A program made the position numbers and the translations under genes. From Rhynchobatus australiae (lineage: Eukaryota), in assembly GCA_034780895.1 (NCBI GenBank), contig JAUZTB010000057.1, positions 16,909,712 through 16,973,711 of the forward strand: a stretch of 64,000 nucleotides of DNA. Reading direction: 5' to 3'. Position 1 is the stretch's first letter; each line of letters opens with the position of its first letter. Positions 27,201-36,980 of this stretch are shown piece after piece. The notes under the pieces were generated by a model. It did not search any database and was not told the DNA's origin. It worked only from the letters and a program-made list of their open reading frames with translations.

Positions 27201-30200
27201 AAGTTTCAAGGGAACAGCAAGTGGGCAAAAACATGCTTGATGCGCTAATAATATGGATAAATACAATGTTATCCCCTTCAATAGGAAAAGCAACNNNNNN
27301 NNNNNNNNNNNNNNNNNNNNNNNNNNNNNNNNNNNNNNNNNNNNNNNNNNNNNNNNNNNNNNNNNNNNNNNNNNNNNNNNNNNNNNNNNNNNNNCAAGGC
27401 AGCATATTATTTAAATTGTGCTTGTTTGGGAAGATATGCAAACAGACTTGGTGCTCAGTTACTAAAAGCAATACACGTACGGCAAGCAGTTAAGTAGGAT
27501 TGAGTACAGGAGCAAGGATGTTTTGCTGCAATTGTGCAGGGCCTTGCTGAGACCACACTTGGAATAGTCGGTGCAAGTTTCAGTCGCTTTCCCGAAGAAA
27601 AAGAAATTATTTGCCATTAAGGAATGCAACCAAGGTTCACCAGACAATACTTCCCCTGGCTGGGGGATCTAGAACAAGGAGTCACAGTCCCAGGTTACAG
27701 GGCAGAAGATCTAGGGTTGAGAAGAAATGTCTTCATTCAGCAAGCTGTGGGAAGAAGAATTTGCTTCCACAGATGGCTAGAGCGGACAAGTTGCTAATTA
27801 TATTTAAGAAGTGGATGGATAAATTTCTAGATGCAAAAGAAATCAAGAGTTATGATGAGTGGGAATATGGTATTGAGATTCATGATCAACCATGATCATT
27901 TTGAATGGAGGACCAGGAGGGCCAAATAGTCCACTACTGCTCCTATTTTATAAGTTGCTGAAATTTAAATTCATGTTCCAAATATGAAACATTTATAACT
28001 GCCTATCATGTAGGCACTCTACACAAAGCAAGTTCTGCCTGATGCACATTTCCCAAGGATGCACATTTATCCATATGTAAACTAAAAGCACTTTACCAAG
28101 CAAAGGGACAGCCAGCTGCCTCTTGAAGAGTGCATGTACTCGGTCAATTTGTGCGTTCATCATTTCCTGCTGTTCTGGAGCCAAAATGGTGCCAGGTAAG
28201 GGCTGTCAGAGAAAAAAAATTCATATAATCGAACTGACAATTACTGAATTTAAATATGAGAAATTTAATTGAACATTCCAGAATACTCCAGTCCTTAATC
28301 ATTTCGAATACCAATAAGTTATCTGAAATTTTACTTAAAATGGTAATGACATTTCAGAATTTGACAGATTCAGAAGATTGCGCACTCTACCTGTGACATA
28401 TGGTCCATTCAAAGCCATAATCAATGCTCTTTCCTTAAAAGAAAAAGTAATCATGCTAAAACACTGTTTTAGCATGAATCCCCTTGACCTTATGCAGATA
28501 AAGGCAAGTATGAACAGGATGAAACATCACAGGATTATCCGCAAATTTCAGTAACAATCATCAATCTAAAGCTCAACTATTATTGCTCATTTTAATATTG
28601 TTCACTCTAAATCCACAAGTTTACATCAACTGTGCATTGCACTGGAAACATAAGGACAAACATCCAATCACTACTGTGTCCATACTTCCATTTAAAAAGT
28701 CCTATTTTCTGAGATTGGCCAAGTCTTCAGTGTGGATGATGGGCAGCAAGTTTGCTAATGCCTAGACAAAATTCTACTCCCATTTCTTCACTAAAGGAAA
28801 ATTAAACACAACTATCTAGCTGATAAAATTAATGAAACAATCGATCAACTATTGTGAAATCAAGACTGAATTAATGCCTTAAACCAGAGAACACTATGTC
28901 ATCCATGAAAATTGGGTTCATGTCTCATGCATGGATTTCAAGTATCTTTTTACCAGCTACCGAACACAAATTAACCAATAGTTTGGCACTCATTTNNNGT
29001 GTTTGGGCTGGACTGACATCACACCCACCAAAAGGCGCTCTGAGCAACGTGCATATGGTGGAGGAAGATGAGGTATGAGGTTAAACAGGCATGAAATGAC
29101 TAAGAAGAAGCTAAAACAGAACTTGCCATTCCATATATTCTGCATTACTAGCTAATTACTTTTAGCTGGTTCGCGTCTACCTCCATGAAAAAGAACATGT
29201 AAACAGCTTCTGATGTATTAATCTTCAGTTATATTTGCTTACCTGTAGAGTTCCTAAAATAGCATTTTCAAATTCTCTAAAGGCCTCCCAGATTGCTAGT
29301 CCTTTTGTCATATGTAATCCAACAGCAGTTAAGGCTCGATCAAATATCCCACGAGCTCGCTCGATACCACCCTGCAAGCCAATCCCTCCAATAGAGTACT
29401 GTGCATATTCCAGCCATATCTCAGGACCTGTATTTATTAATAGTAATGTATATTAAAACAGACCAAGGAATAGCATATGCATTTTTATAACCAAGTCATG
29501 GTAAATACTAGCCATTTACAGCAAAGGAATTATTCCATTAAAACTCAATTCACATATAAATTCTGGCTTCTTGCTTGCATGTGGGTAGAATGTCCCCTTC
29601 AGACTGAGCACTGTTTTTGACTCCAAAACATCACATTGGTAGTAAAACATTCCCATGGAACAAAGTGCGGTCTTTTGTGACAGACCCGACAATCTCTTCA
29701 CTACTGACTCTACTGTGGAACAATGTCCCCATATATGTCACACAGCTCCTAAAATTATGTTGTGGGCTAATTATTCAAAAAAGCTTCATCTGCTTTTAGT
29801 AGCAGGACGATTTAAAACATGCTAACACTACAGAAAGGAACTGTAGAGAGAGCACTAAACTTCTGTGCACTGATATTCTGTGATATTATTTCAGAACATA
29901 AGTCATCACTTATGCAAACTCATCATAAGCAAACTCATCACCAAACTCTCAGACCTGGGACTCAACACCTCCCTTTACAACTGGATCCTTGACTTCCTGA
30001 CCAACAGACCGCAATCAGCAAGGATAGGGAGCAACACCTCTAGCACGATTATTCTCAACACTGGTGTCCCAGAAGGCTGAATCTTCAGCCCCCTACTCTG
30101 CTCCCTATACACTCATGAATACNNNNNNNNNNNNNNNNNNNNNNNNNNNNNNNNNNNNNNNNNNNNNNNNNNNNNNNNNNNNNNNNNNNNNNNNNNNNNN

Positions 30201-33200
30201 NNNNNNNNNNNNNNNNNNNNNNGATGCCTTTGTATATGATTTCAGTCAGAATTTAGTAAGTTCTTCATGGAAAAGTTTAAAATGCCTAGGAAGTCTTTTT
30301 AAATTTTCCATCTCCTTTCAATTGTCACACTTTGTAACGACAGATAAACAAGAACAGAATTCCTCATTTATGTACCTTAAAGTGCATAAATAAATGTAAT
30401 TGTAGTATTATTTTTACACCATTACAGTCATTTCTTCTTTTGCCAACAGCGAGACTCTGTTCTGAGTGAACCAGCGATTCAGGTACGGCGGAAAAGCAAA
30501 GGCAAGCAGATCTGGTCACTGGAGAAACTGGAAAACCGACTCATTGATATGCGCGAGCTTTACCAGGAATGGAAAGACTGTGACGAAGACAATCCTGTAA
30601 GTGAAAGATTTGTACTTGTATTACTCGGGACTGTGGAGATACACAGAACCAAAGGAGGGCACTGCAGTTCTTGTAGGGTTTCCCAGTGTTCAAAAGATGC
30701 TACACACGAATCAGCTCTTACATCCTTCTGCTGCTTTTGGTTGTATTAGAATGTCCATGGCATTATTAGTATTGTGGCTATGTTTGTGGATTAGTAACCC
30801 AGAAACCTGGACTAATTTATCAGAGACATGTTCAGATCCTACTGTGGAGTTAGGGAATTTAATTAGTTAATTAAAGAGAAAGAACGAACAAAAAGTAATG
30901 GTGACCTTGAAACCACTGGACTATCATAAAAATCCATCTGATGCATTTATGGGTGGAATTCTGCCATTCGTTTGTGCAACTCTGGACCCAGAGCAATACA
31001 GCGGACTTGTTAAAAGCTACCACTTCCTTGAGAGTAAAAAGGGTGGACTGTAAATACTGGCTTTGTGAGTGCCTCTCAGTGTCAGCAAAATTTCCCTCGA
31101 TGTCAGCAAAACAAAAGAGCCAGTCGTTGACTTCAGAAACAGGGCTCCTGTTTACATTACTGCTGAGGTGGAGATGGTTGAGAGTTTCAAGTTCCTAGGT
31201 GTAAACATCACCAATAGCTTGTCCTGGTCCAACCATGTAGATGCCATGGCCAGGAAAGCACACTTGCACTTTCTACCTCCTCAGTAGGCTAAGGAAATTC
31301 AGCATGTCTGCATTGACCCTCACCAATTTTTATAGATGCACCACAGAAAGCATCCTATCTGGATGCATCACGGCTTGGTATGGCAACTGCTCTGCCCAAG
31401 ACTGCAAGAAACTGCAGAGAGTTGTGGACGCAGCTCAGCACATCACAGAAACCAGCCTCCCCTCCATGGATTCTGTCTATACTTCTCGCTGCCTTGGTAA
31501 AGCAGCCAGTATAATCAAAGATCCCACCCACACTGGATATTCTCTCTTCTCCCCTCTCCTGTTGGGCAGAATATACAAAAAGCTGCAAGCACGTACCACA
31601 AGGCTCAGGAACAGCTTCTTTCCCACTATTATAAGACGATTGAATGGTTCCCTCGTATGAAAAGATGGACTCTTGACCTCACAATCTACCTCGTTATTTT
31701 ATGACCTTGCACCTTATTGACTACCTGCACTGCACTTTCTCTGCAGCTGTGACACTTTACTCTGCATTCTGTGTTGTTTTACCCTGTACTACCTCAATGC
31801 ACTGTGTAATGAATCGATTTGTATGTACAGTATGCAAGACAAGTTTTTCACTGTACATGTGGCAATAGTATTCCAATTCCTTAGTGTTTATACATAGTTG
31901 TTCTGCAATGTCCATTACACGTGGGAGTCTCTTCAGTTCTGCATGCTGTTTTAATGGAATATAACCATCATGACTTCACAAAATAAGAAATAGTGTTAAA
32001 AAGCATGATAATCATTGAGAATTCATTTATAGAGATGCCTATACAGCTTTTATAACTAAAGTTAGTCTCAATTATCTGAAGATTTCCTGTATCGGTAATT
32101 GCAGGTTCTGCCATTTGTCAAAAACAAATGAGTAACAAAGTGAGTAATGGAGAACATGATTGTCTCAACATATAGGACAGATTCTAATACAGAAAACTAA
32201 ATCATGCTACTGACACAGTGACATTACTCCCAGTTATTTATCTGCTCTAAACAGAATGGACATCTCATTTCCCAGTTAATAAGCACATAGTTTTAAAATT
32301 AGGTTTATTCAACAGCCAAAAGTCATTTTCACGCAGTCTAACTTTAGCTTTAAATACAAAGCTATATTGTGGCTAGAACTTAGCTAAACTAACACAATTT
32401 TAGCAACCCTAAAATCCCTTCCCTTCTCCACTCAGATAAATCTCTGTTTGGCCAACAAGCTGCGATCTAACTTAAAGAAAGCAGAGAGAGTGTTTTGACT
32501 TACTAAGACATATAAGGAAACCATTTGCCCCCCTCAAGTTCATACCGGCCCCCAGCCCAGCAATCCCATTATTCCCAGTCTTCCTCTCCTATTTTTCCGT
32601 AACCCCTGAAACTATTCCCCCTCACCATCAGGTCGCCTTTGATTCTTTTGCCTCTTACTTACATTAAAGGGCAATTTACAATAGTCAGTTAACTTATCAG
32701 CACATCTTTGGAACGTGAGAGGAAACTGGAGTACCTGGAAACCCAAGCGGTAATGAGGAGCACATACAAACTCCACAGAGAGAGCATGACATCAGGATTT
32801 AAACCCTGGAGCACTAGCTACTGCGCTACCATGCTAACAGGTTGATCAGAGGGACTTATGATTGCTCTTTCCTGTGAATTGTGGATGGAGCTAAAATGTA
32901 GCAAATAAAGCAACTCACAAATATAATCTTTGATGGCCGTCTCAAACAGTTCATAAACTTTCTCCCTGTCATGTGGTTCTTCTGCCATTCGAATCTCATC
33001 TTTCAACCAGTCCAGCCAAAGCTCTGCAAAGAACAATCACATTCACTTACTTTCTCAATATTCCCAATACAGCAAAGCCCAATCTTCGCAAAATAAGTTA
33101 TTCATAATTATGTGGGTGGCATTTGACTACATTAGGTTAACATCAAAAACAGATAAAAATTACAATTACAAAGAAGATTCACAGACACACAATCCAAAAA

Positions 33201-36200
33201 AACAGATCACAGACTACTGACGAACAGTTAAAACTACTCCAGCAACTCCATAAAAGTTGGTTGATTACAACTTCTGAGCACCAAGCTGGTTTACAAATGT
33301 GCTACAAAATCTGGTCCACTTTAAAAGGTCACAAGGCCCAATCTTTCAATTTGTTTGCAATTATAACCTTACCTTCAGTAAGTGGAAAAAGCTCACTCAT
33401 CTTCTGTCGAGCGCACTGCAATTTCACCAGCTCTCCCTCCTGACGTAGCAATTTAATTAAATCAACATGACAGTTGTAATCATAGGCACTGATGGAAAGC
33501 TAAAAAAAAGCACAAAAAACCATTACCTCTTTGCCAAGATACCAGCTAGTCTCCTAATGATTATTGACATGCGTATAATTTTATTTAACAGTGATTTGTT
33601 TAATTTAATTTATTTTATTTAACAGTGCTAACACATGATTAGGAAGGACCTATGTAAATTGCATGAACTTCAAAATAATTGTGGTTAGTTGACAAAACAG
33701 GCAAAATTACAGAAAGGTAATATTTATTTGCTATTACTTGGACTAATTTGCAAAAGTCAGTAGAGAGGGCACCTAGGGACCCTGCCAAATGGCCGAAAAG
33801 TAAGCCAGATACCCCAGGAACTGCAGAGTTGACGTCCTTCTGAAATGCAGAGTTAGTGGATAACACCATCAAGTTCATTGCAAAAAGTAGCCTCGCATCA
33901 CAAAATCTGCAGTACTGTAATTTAAGCAGAGCACTAGTGCTGACCCCACTGAAGTTAGTCTACCCCAAGTATGACAATGAAGTCCCTTGCAGACCTCTTT
34001 ATCCAAGCTAAGCTACCAAAAACGATTTATTTCCAACTGAATCACATAGAAGCCAAACAGGCAAGACACAAATATTCATGTTCACTATCTTCACTACCCA
34101 CTACACACACCAAGTAGGTTTCTGGTGGCACTCGTTCGCTAAAAATTTCTGTTCTGCCAAATATTCAAGAAAGCCATTAGAGGAAAAATGAAAGGGGGAA
34201 TCATTAGCAGTGTACAAAATAACATGCATTTTAGACAACGTCAAGAATGGCATTATCTCCTTGATCTTCAATATTATAATTACACTTAAAAAGAAATTTA
34301 GTCATTTAATGTTGTACCCTCTTAACTGCATTCTGAAATGCACAATTTAACTTCCTGACCAAAAATCAATTAAACCTGATCACATCCATTTAATTAATAA
34401 CTCAGGACTATTTGACTTTAAGATAATAATCCTGTGCGTGCAAAATAAATTACGTCATGAGAAAACTCCATGTCTTTTTAAACACTTCATTCATATGCCC
34501 AAAACATTTTATTNNNNNNNNNNNNNNNNNNNNNNNNNNNNNNNNNNNNNNNNNNNNNNNNNNNNNNNNNNNNNNNNNNNNNNNNNNNNNNNNNNNNNNN
34601 NNNNNNNNNNNNNNNNNNNNNNNNNNNNNNNNNNNNNNNNNNNNNNNNNNNNNNNNNNNNNNNNNNNNNNNNNNNNNNNNNNNNNNNNNNNNNNNNNNNN
34701 NNNNNNNNNNNNNNNNNNNNNNNNNNNNNNNNNNNNNNNNNNNNNNNNNNNNNNNNNNNNNNNNNNNNNNNNNNNNNNNNNNNNNNNNNNNNNNNNNNNN
34801 NNNNNNNNNNNNNNNNNNNNNNNNNNNNNNNNNNNNNNNNNNNNNNNNNNNNNNNNNNNNNNNNNNNNNNNNNNNNNNNNNNNNNNNNNNNNNNNNNNNN
34901 NNNNNNNNNNNNNNNNNNNNNNNNNNNNNNNNNNNNNNNNNNNNNNNNNNNNNNNNNNNNNNNNNNNNNNNNNNNNNNNNNNNNNNNNNNNNNNNNNNNN
35001 NNNNNNNNNNNNNNNNNNNNNNNNNNNNNNNNNNNNNNNNNNNNNNNNNNNNNNNNNNNNNNNNNNNNNNNNNNNNNNNNNNNNNNNNNNNNNNNNNNNN
35101 NNNNNNNNNNNNNNNNNNNNNNNNNNNNNNNNNNNNNNNNNNNNNNNNNNNNNNNNNNNNNNNNNNNNNNNNNNNNNNNNNNNNNNNNNNNNNNNNNNNN
35201 NNNATTGCACCATTATTACTACTCTTAAAGCATTATATCAGAGATGCACAGGGATACTGCTGCATTTCCAAGCTTTGATTTTCTTTAAACTGAGGATCAA
35301 GCCGTAACAAATGATCAGAGAATATTATTGTGCTTTGAGATGATTCCTTCTATTTGTTTATGATGCTTGGGATTGGTTTATTATTGCCACTTGTATCGAG
35401 TTACAGTGAAAACCTTGTCTCTCATACCGTTCGTACACATCATTACACAGTGCACGGCTTGATCCCCCTGGCACGCAGCTAGAAGTTCTGCCCTACTCTT
35501 TCAAAGAAAGGTACTTGTGTCCGCGGGTGGATTGTGTTCCCTCTCTAGTGAAGCCCACAGCAACGGGCTCTCCTTTTTGTTCAGGGCTCTGTGGCTGACC
35601 CTTCAGAGAAACCACTCAGGGGAACGCCCCGGGTGTCTGGGCTCCTGACACACTCTGCGCTTCATTCCCCTGCTGCGGGGGCTGCGCGGAGGAGCTGCGG
35701 GTGGGGACCGGGGGTGGCCGGTGGGTTGGGGGGGGCGACAAAATTAAACCGAGAGATGAACAAAATTACACCCTGTCCCTTCGCAGTGTCCCACACCCGG
35801 ACCCTCGCTGGGGGACGTCCCCCGCACCCGGACCCTCGCTGGGGGACGTCCCACACACCCGGACCCTCACTGGGGGACGTCCCCCGCACCCGGACCCTCA
35901 CTGGGGGACGGGTCCCACACCCGGACCCTCACTGGGGGACGGGTCCCACACCCGGACCCTCACTGGGAGACGGGTCCCNNNNNNNNNNNNNNNNNNNNNN
36001 NNNNNNNNNNNNNNNNNNNNNNNNNNNNNNNNNNNNNNNNNNNNNNNNNNNNNNNNNNNNNNNNNNNNNNNNNNNNNNGGGGGGGGGGGGGGCCGGCGCC
36101 GGGGGGCCCCCGGCGGGGACCGGGGTTTAAACCCCGCGGGCTCCGGCCTCCCTCCCGCCCGCCGTGCGGCCGCTGCCCCGGGCCCACGTCGCACCTGCTC

Positions 36201-36353
36201 TTCCAGCCGCTGGATCTCGGCTTCGTTTTCTTGCTCGTCCTCCGAGGAGTCCTCCATCTCCTCCTCCATCTCCGCCTCCTCCTCCGACCCGCCCGCGGGT
36301 TCGGGCTCCGGCTCCTCGGCCTCGCTCGCCCGCCGCCTCCCGCTGGTCGCCAT
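3095..36353 (-). CDS. SART3: SART3 (U4/U6 snRNP recycling factor p110/Tip110, Prp24 homologue), exons 1-15; 3' exons lie left of the window
   Basis: 15 GT-AG exons splice in frame (1807 nt, 602 codons + 1 nt). The product has an acidic N-terminus, HAT/TPR repeats (ELWLDWLKDE, IWLEYAQY, FERALSENCLVPDLWARF, MWLEYFNLER) and a Lys-rich NLS region, matching recalled vertebrate SART3. Head-to-head with ISCU as in other vertebrates. Confidence 0.97.
3471..3765 (+). mobile_element. tRNA-derived V-SINE
   Basis: A/B-box-like head (GGTGGTGTAGCAG...GGGTTCAATTC), V-domain-like GGGTTTCCTCC...CCCACATTCCAAAGAC, LINE-like tail with AATAAA. Confidence 0.7.
4704..4780 (-). CDS. SART3: SART3 exon 14 (SLEDWDLAVEKTETRINQVNEWRAK)
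   Basis: 77 nt, TTTCAG| and |GTAAGT. Confidence 0.95.
6767..6884 (-). pseudogene. 28S rRNA fragment (domain V, peptidyl-transferase-centre region)
   Basis: Reverse complement reads TTCCTATCACTGTGAAGCAAAATTCACCAAGCTTTGGATTGTTCACCCACTAATGGGGAACGTGAGCTGGGTTTAGACCATTGTGAGACAGGTTAGTTTTACCCTACTGATG. This matches highly conserved eukaryotic LSU rRNA with a few substitutions. Confidence 0.93.
7656..7768 (-). CDS. SART3: SART3 exon 13 (AHGDPQHCRKALHRAVQCTTDYPE...ERVE)
   Basis: 113 nt, TTACAG| and |GTATGT. Confidence 0.95.
8503..8612 (-). CDS. SART3: SART3 exon 12 (ARLCKNMQKARELWD...YFNLER)
   Basis: 110 nt, TTATAG| and |GTAAGA. Confidence 0.95.
8670..9100 (+). mobile_element. CR1 LINE 3' end (gapped)
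   Basis: FRTEMRRHFFSQRVVDLWNLLP peptide followed by 3' UTR. Confidence 0.8.
9480..10700 (+). mobile_element. Highly degraded hAT-like transposase fossil
   Basis: Ordered motif remnants across frames: FRWN, LL*DKRF, MTDVLMIFEEVRK, WKQLSNIAIQLL, EGSF, ITHTQRF*RLTN. Confidence 0.4.
11092..11150 (-). CDS. SART3: SART3 exon 11 (FSESGDPSCTILQNWARIE)
   Basis: 59 nt, CTGCAG| and |GTAAGG. Confidence 0.94.
12199..12276 (-). CDS. SART3: SART3 exon 10 (SSKELEELRSAYSRGVDYLKQDIEQ)
   Basis: 78 nt, GAATAG| and |GTATGT. Confidence 0.94.
14023..14130 (-). CDS. SART3: SART3 exon 9 (TFEKALNAGFIQATDYVELWQAFLDYLRRRVNFSQ)
   Basis: 108 nt, TGGTAG| and |GTATAC. Confidence 0.95.
14366..14504 (-). CDS. SART3: SART3 exon 8 (DRQLKIKDLVLSAHERAVRNCPW...)
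   Basis: 139 nt, TTCCAG| and |GTAATA. Confidence 0.95.
15280..15920 (-). mobile_element. Degenerate L2-like LINE fragment
   Basis: Minus-strand remnant reading ...IFILVFKSLNG.A, typical of the L2 RT C-terminus. Confidence 0.45.
16044..16199 (-). CDS. SART3: SART3 exon 7 (LVADPPKLAEYQAYIDFE...RFTLYL)
   Basis: 156 nt, TTGCAG| and |GTAAGG. Confidence 0.95.
16275..16990 (+). mobile_element. Penelope-like element, GIY-YIG endonuclease 3' fragment plus pLTR
   Basis: Degenerate FQVKQ..TCTSFNLV..., CGLLY, RLSDCFAEHL, followed by a pyrimidine-rich pLTR with a degraded ribozyme-like motif. Confidence 0.75.
17550..18920 (-). mobile_element. Old CR1-like LINE remnant
   Basis: Minus-strand MNFQKAFDKF motif (TTATCAAATGCCTTTTGGAAGTTCAT) and FGDDIK remnant. 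Confidence 0.55.
18925..19135. mobile_element. Penelope-derived fold-back element
   Basis: GGTCAGGGACCCTTCCTCAGAAC / GTTCTGAGAAAGGGTCCCTGACC inverted arms; outer arms ATGCTGGAAGAACTCA / TGAGTTCTTCCAGCAT. Confidence 0.75.
19690..20525 (+). mobile_element. Penelope-like element 3' fragment
   Basis: GIY-YIG tail remnant (LGLLQCQGEAR...HLIFCLG), C-rich pLTR, CCTGATGCAAGGTTTTGACCCGAAACATC motif. Confidence 0.75.
20600..20765. mobile_element. Degenerate Penelope-derived fold-back element
   Basis: AAATGCTGG...CTCAGCAG versus AGATGCTGCCAGAC...CCAGCATCTGCA. Confidence 0.55.
20775..21040 (+). mobile_element. CR1 LINE 3' end
   Basis: Same 3' UTR as other CR1 copies (TTTAGACAG...GAGGGATATGG). Confidence 0.7.
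21070..21870 (-). mobile_element. Deu-domain SINE (SacSINE1-like) split by a Rex1 insertion
   Basis: Halves at 21070-21200 (GATGTTGACTGAGGGATTAGTATTGGCCAGGATACCAGG) and 21725-21870 (GGGGCCTCAGTGTAATGTG...GTACTGCAG) flank the LINE. Confidence 0.55.
21210..21720 (+). mobile_element. Rex1/Babar LINE 3' fragment
   Basis: RRFGTSPKALTNFYSCKVESILTGCITAWYG...RLQRVV...LPSGR; tail with AATCTGA-like repeats. Confidence 0.85.
22293..22498. mobile_element. Penelope-derived fold-back element
   Basis: GGAATTGTCAACATTTC / GAAACGTCGACAATTCC inverted arms plus common tail. Confidence 0.7.
22850..23010 (+). mobile_element. CR1 LINE 3' end
   Basis: TFKRHLDRYMDRKGLEGYG peptide plus UTR. Confidence 0.75.
23395..23730 (+). 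mobile_element. Rex1/Babar LINE 3' end
   Basis: GRRYKS...TTRLKDSFYPAVNRLLN; tail with AATAAA and ATACCA repeats. Confidence 0.75.
25830..25954 (-). CDS. SART3: SART3 exon 6 (MESTYAEYEAW...KPFEEAL)
   Basis: 125 nt, GAATAG| and |GTATGG. Confidence 0.94.
26736..26960 (+). mobile_element. Degenerate V-SINE
   Basis: CAGGTGCTCCAGTTTCCTCACACATCC...GGTAGGTTAATTGGCTACTG core. Confidence 0.55.
27440..27955 (+). mobile_element. CR1 LINE 3' fragment
   Basis: ALLRPHLE remnant and CR1 3' UTR. Confidence 0.7.
28097..28202 (-). CDS. SART3: SART3 exon 5 (PLPGTILAPEQQEMMNAQIDRVHALFKRQLAVPLL)
   Basis: 106 nt, TGACAG| and |GTAAAG, phase consistent with neighbours. Confidence 0.92.
29243..29427 (-). CDS. SART3: SART3 exon 4 (PEIWLEYAQYSIGG...ENAILGTLQ)
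   Basis: 185 nt, ATACAG| and |GTAAGC. Confidence 0.95.
29925..30122 (+). mobile_element. Rex1/Babar LINE, internal RT segment ending at an N-gap
   Basis: KLITKLSDLGLNTSLYNWILDFLTNRPQS...NTGVPEG*IFSPLL..LYTH. Confidence 0.85.
30450..30596 (+). other. KIF13B: Isolated KIF13B-like coding exon (orphan fragment) inside SART3 intron 3, antisense to SART3
   Basis: Acceptor TTTCTTCTTTTGCCAACAG| and donor |GTAAGT bound 147 nt, phase 0-0, open. It encodes RDSVLSEPAIQVRRKSKGKQIWSLEKLENRLIDMRELYQEWKDCDEDNP, close to recalled KIF13B stalk sequence (SEPAIQVRRKGKGKQIWSLEKLDNRLLDMRDLYQEWKECEEDNP). Confidence 0.88.
31095..31880 (+). mobile_element. Rex1/Babar LINE, 3' RT segment and tail
   Basis: SLDVSKTKE.VVDFR...[42 protein letters not shown]. 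Confidence 0.88.
32500..32835 (-). mobile_element. V-SINE
   Basis: Reverse complement has GGTAGCGCAG head and GTACTCCAGTTTCCTCTCACGTTCCAAAGATGTGC core. Confidence 0.6.
32919..33023 (-). CDS. SART3: SART3 exon 3 (ELWLDWLKDEIRMAE...KDYI)
   Basis: 105 nt, TTGCAG| and |GTGAGT. Confidence 0.95.
33373..33499 (-). CDS. SART3: SART3 exon 2 (LSISAYDYNCHVDLIKLLRQEGEL...FPLTE)
   Basis: 127 nt, TTTTAG| acceptor, |GTAAGG donor. Confidence 0.95.
35786..35978. repeat. 31-bp GC-rich minisatellite in SART3 intron 1
   Basis: At least 6 copies of ~GTCCCCCGCACCCGGACCCTCRCTGGGGGAC, running into an N-gap. Confidence 0.92.
36195..36353 (-). CDS. SART3: SART3 exon 1 (MATSGRRRASEAEE...EAEIQRLEEQ)
   Basis: ATG in GC-rich island, 159 nt, donor CAG|GTGCGA. 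Confidence 0.92.
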
Positions 36354-36844
36354 CGTGAAGGCAGTGCGAGAAGCTCACGGCGCCCGATCCAAATCGGGGC
36401 AATCCCCCGTCCCCAAAACACATCCTCCCCCCATAACACCCTTCCTTAATTCAACCAAAATTTGCAAATAGGGGAAAAATACAAACAATTTGGCAGAAAG
36501 TGAGCCGAGCATGGGATTTACTATGAAGAGAATAAAGTAACTAAAGAAGGCTAATAAATGCGTCATAAAACGCGACAAAATTTTAAAACTGGGCTTTCAA
36601 TGAGCTAGCGGTTCAAAATGACATCATTAGATCTTATTGCTGAAAATACGTCTTTCAGCGATCGCCATCTTGGTAAGGTCACAGTGTGAGAAGAGTTGGG
36701 TGTTGCAATATCATTGCTCACAGGAAAACTACATTATCTGCAATACTCAATCTGATGCTCGATGGAGCCTGTTGGAGTTGACCAACCGTCTTGCACATAT
36801 TTATCCTTCCACTTATTTGTTTCCCAGAATTACTTTTATATATA

Positions 36845-36980
36845 CAACATAGAACAGTACAGCACAGGAACAGACCCTTCAGCCCATGATGTTGTGCTGA
36901 ACTAATTAAACTAGTAATTAAATGCCTAACTAAATTAATCCCTTCTGCCTACATGATATTCCTATCCCTCCATTCTCTGC
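36845..36980 (-). mobile_element. CR1-type 3' end fragment
   Basis: ATAGAACAGTACAGCACAGGAACAGACCCTTCAGCCC is the reverse complement of the CR1 tail seen elsewhere in the window. Confidence 0.6.

Larger units (their letters stand above)
35640..36680 (-). promoter_or_regulatory. SART3 CpG island / promoter region
   Basis: Strong GC/CpG enrichment over exon 1; YY1-type motif CAAGATGGCG at 36672-36663; half-CRE near 36561. Confidence 0.7.

Noticed and set aside
34438-35307. Long ORFs spanning N-runs (also 51343-51706, 19201-19547 and others)
   Set aside because: Open only because N codons contain no stops.
35786-35978. Regular ~31-bp repeats considered as a CRISPR-like array
   Set aside because: No unique spacers and eukaryotic context; it is a tandem minisatellite.
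35591-36471. Long plus-strand Pro/Gly-rich ORFs
   Set aside because: By-products of the GC-rich minisatellite and the antisense of SART3 exon 1.
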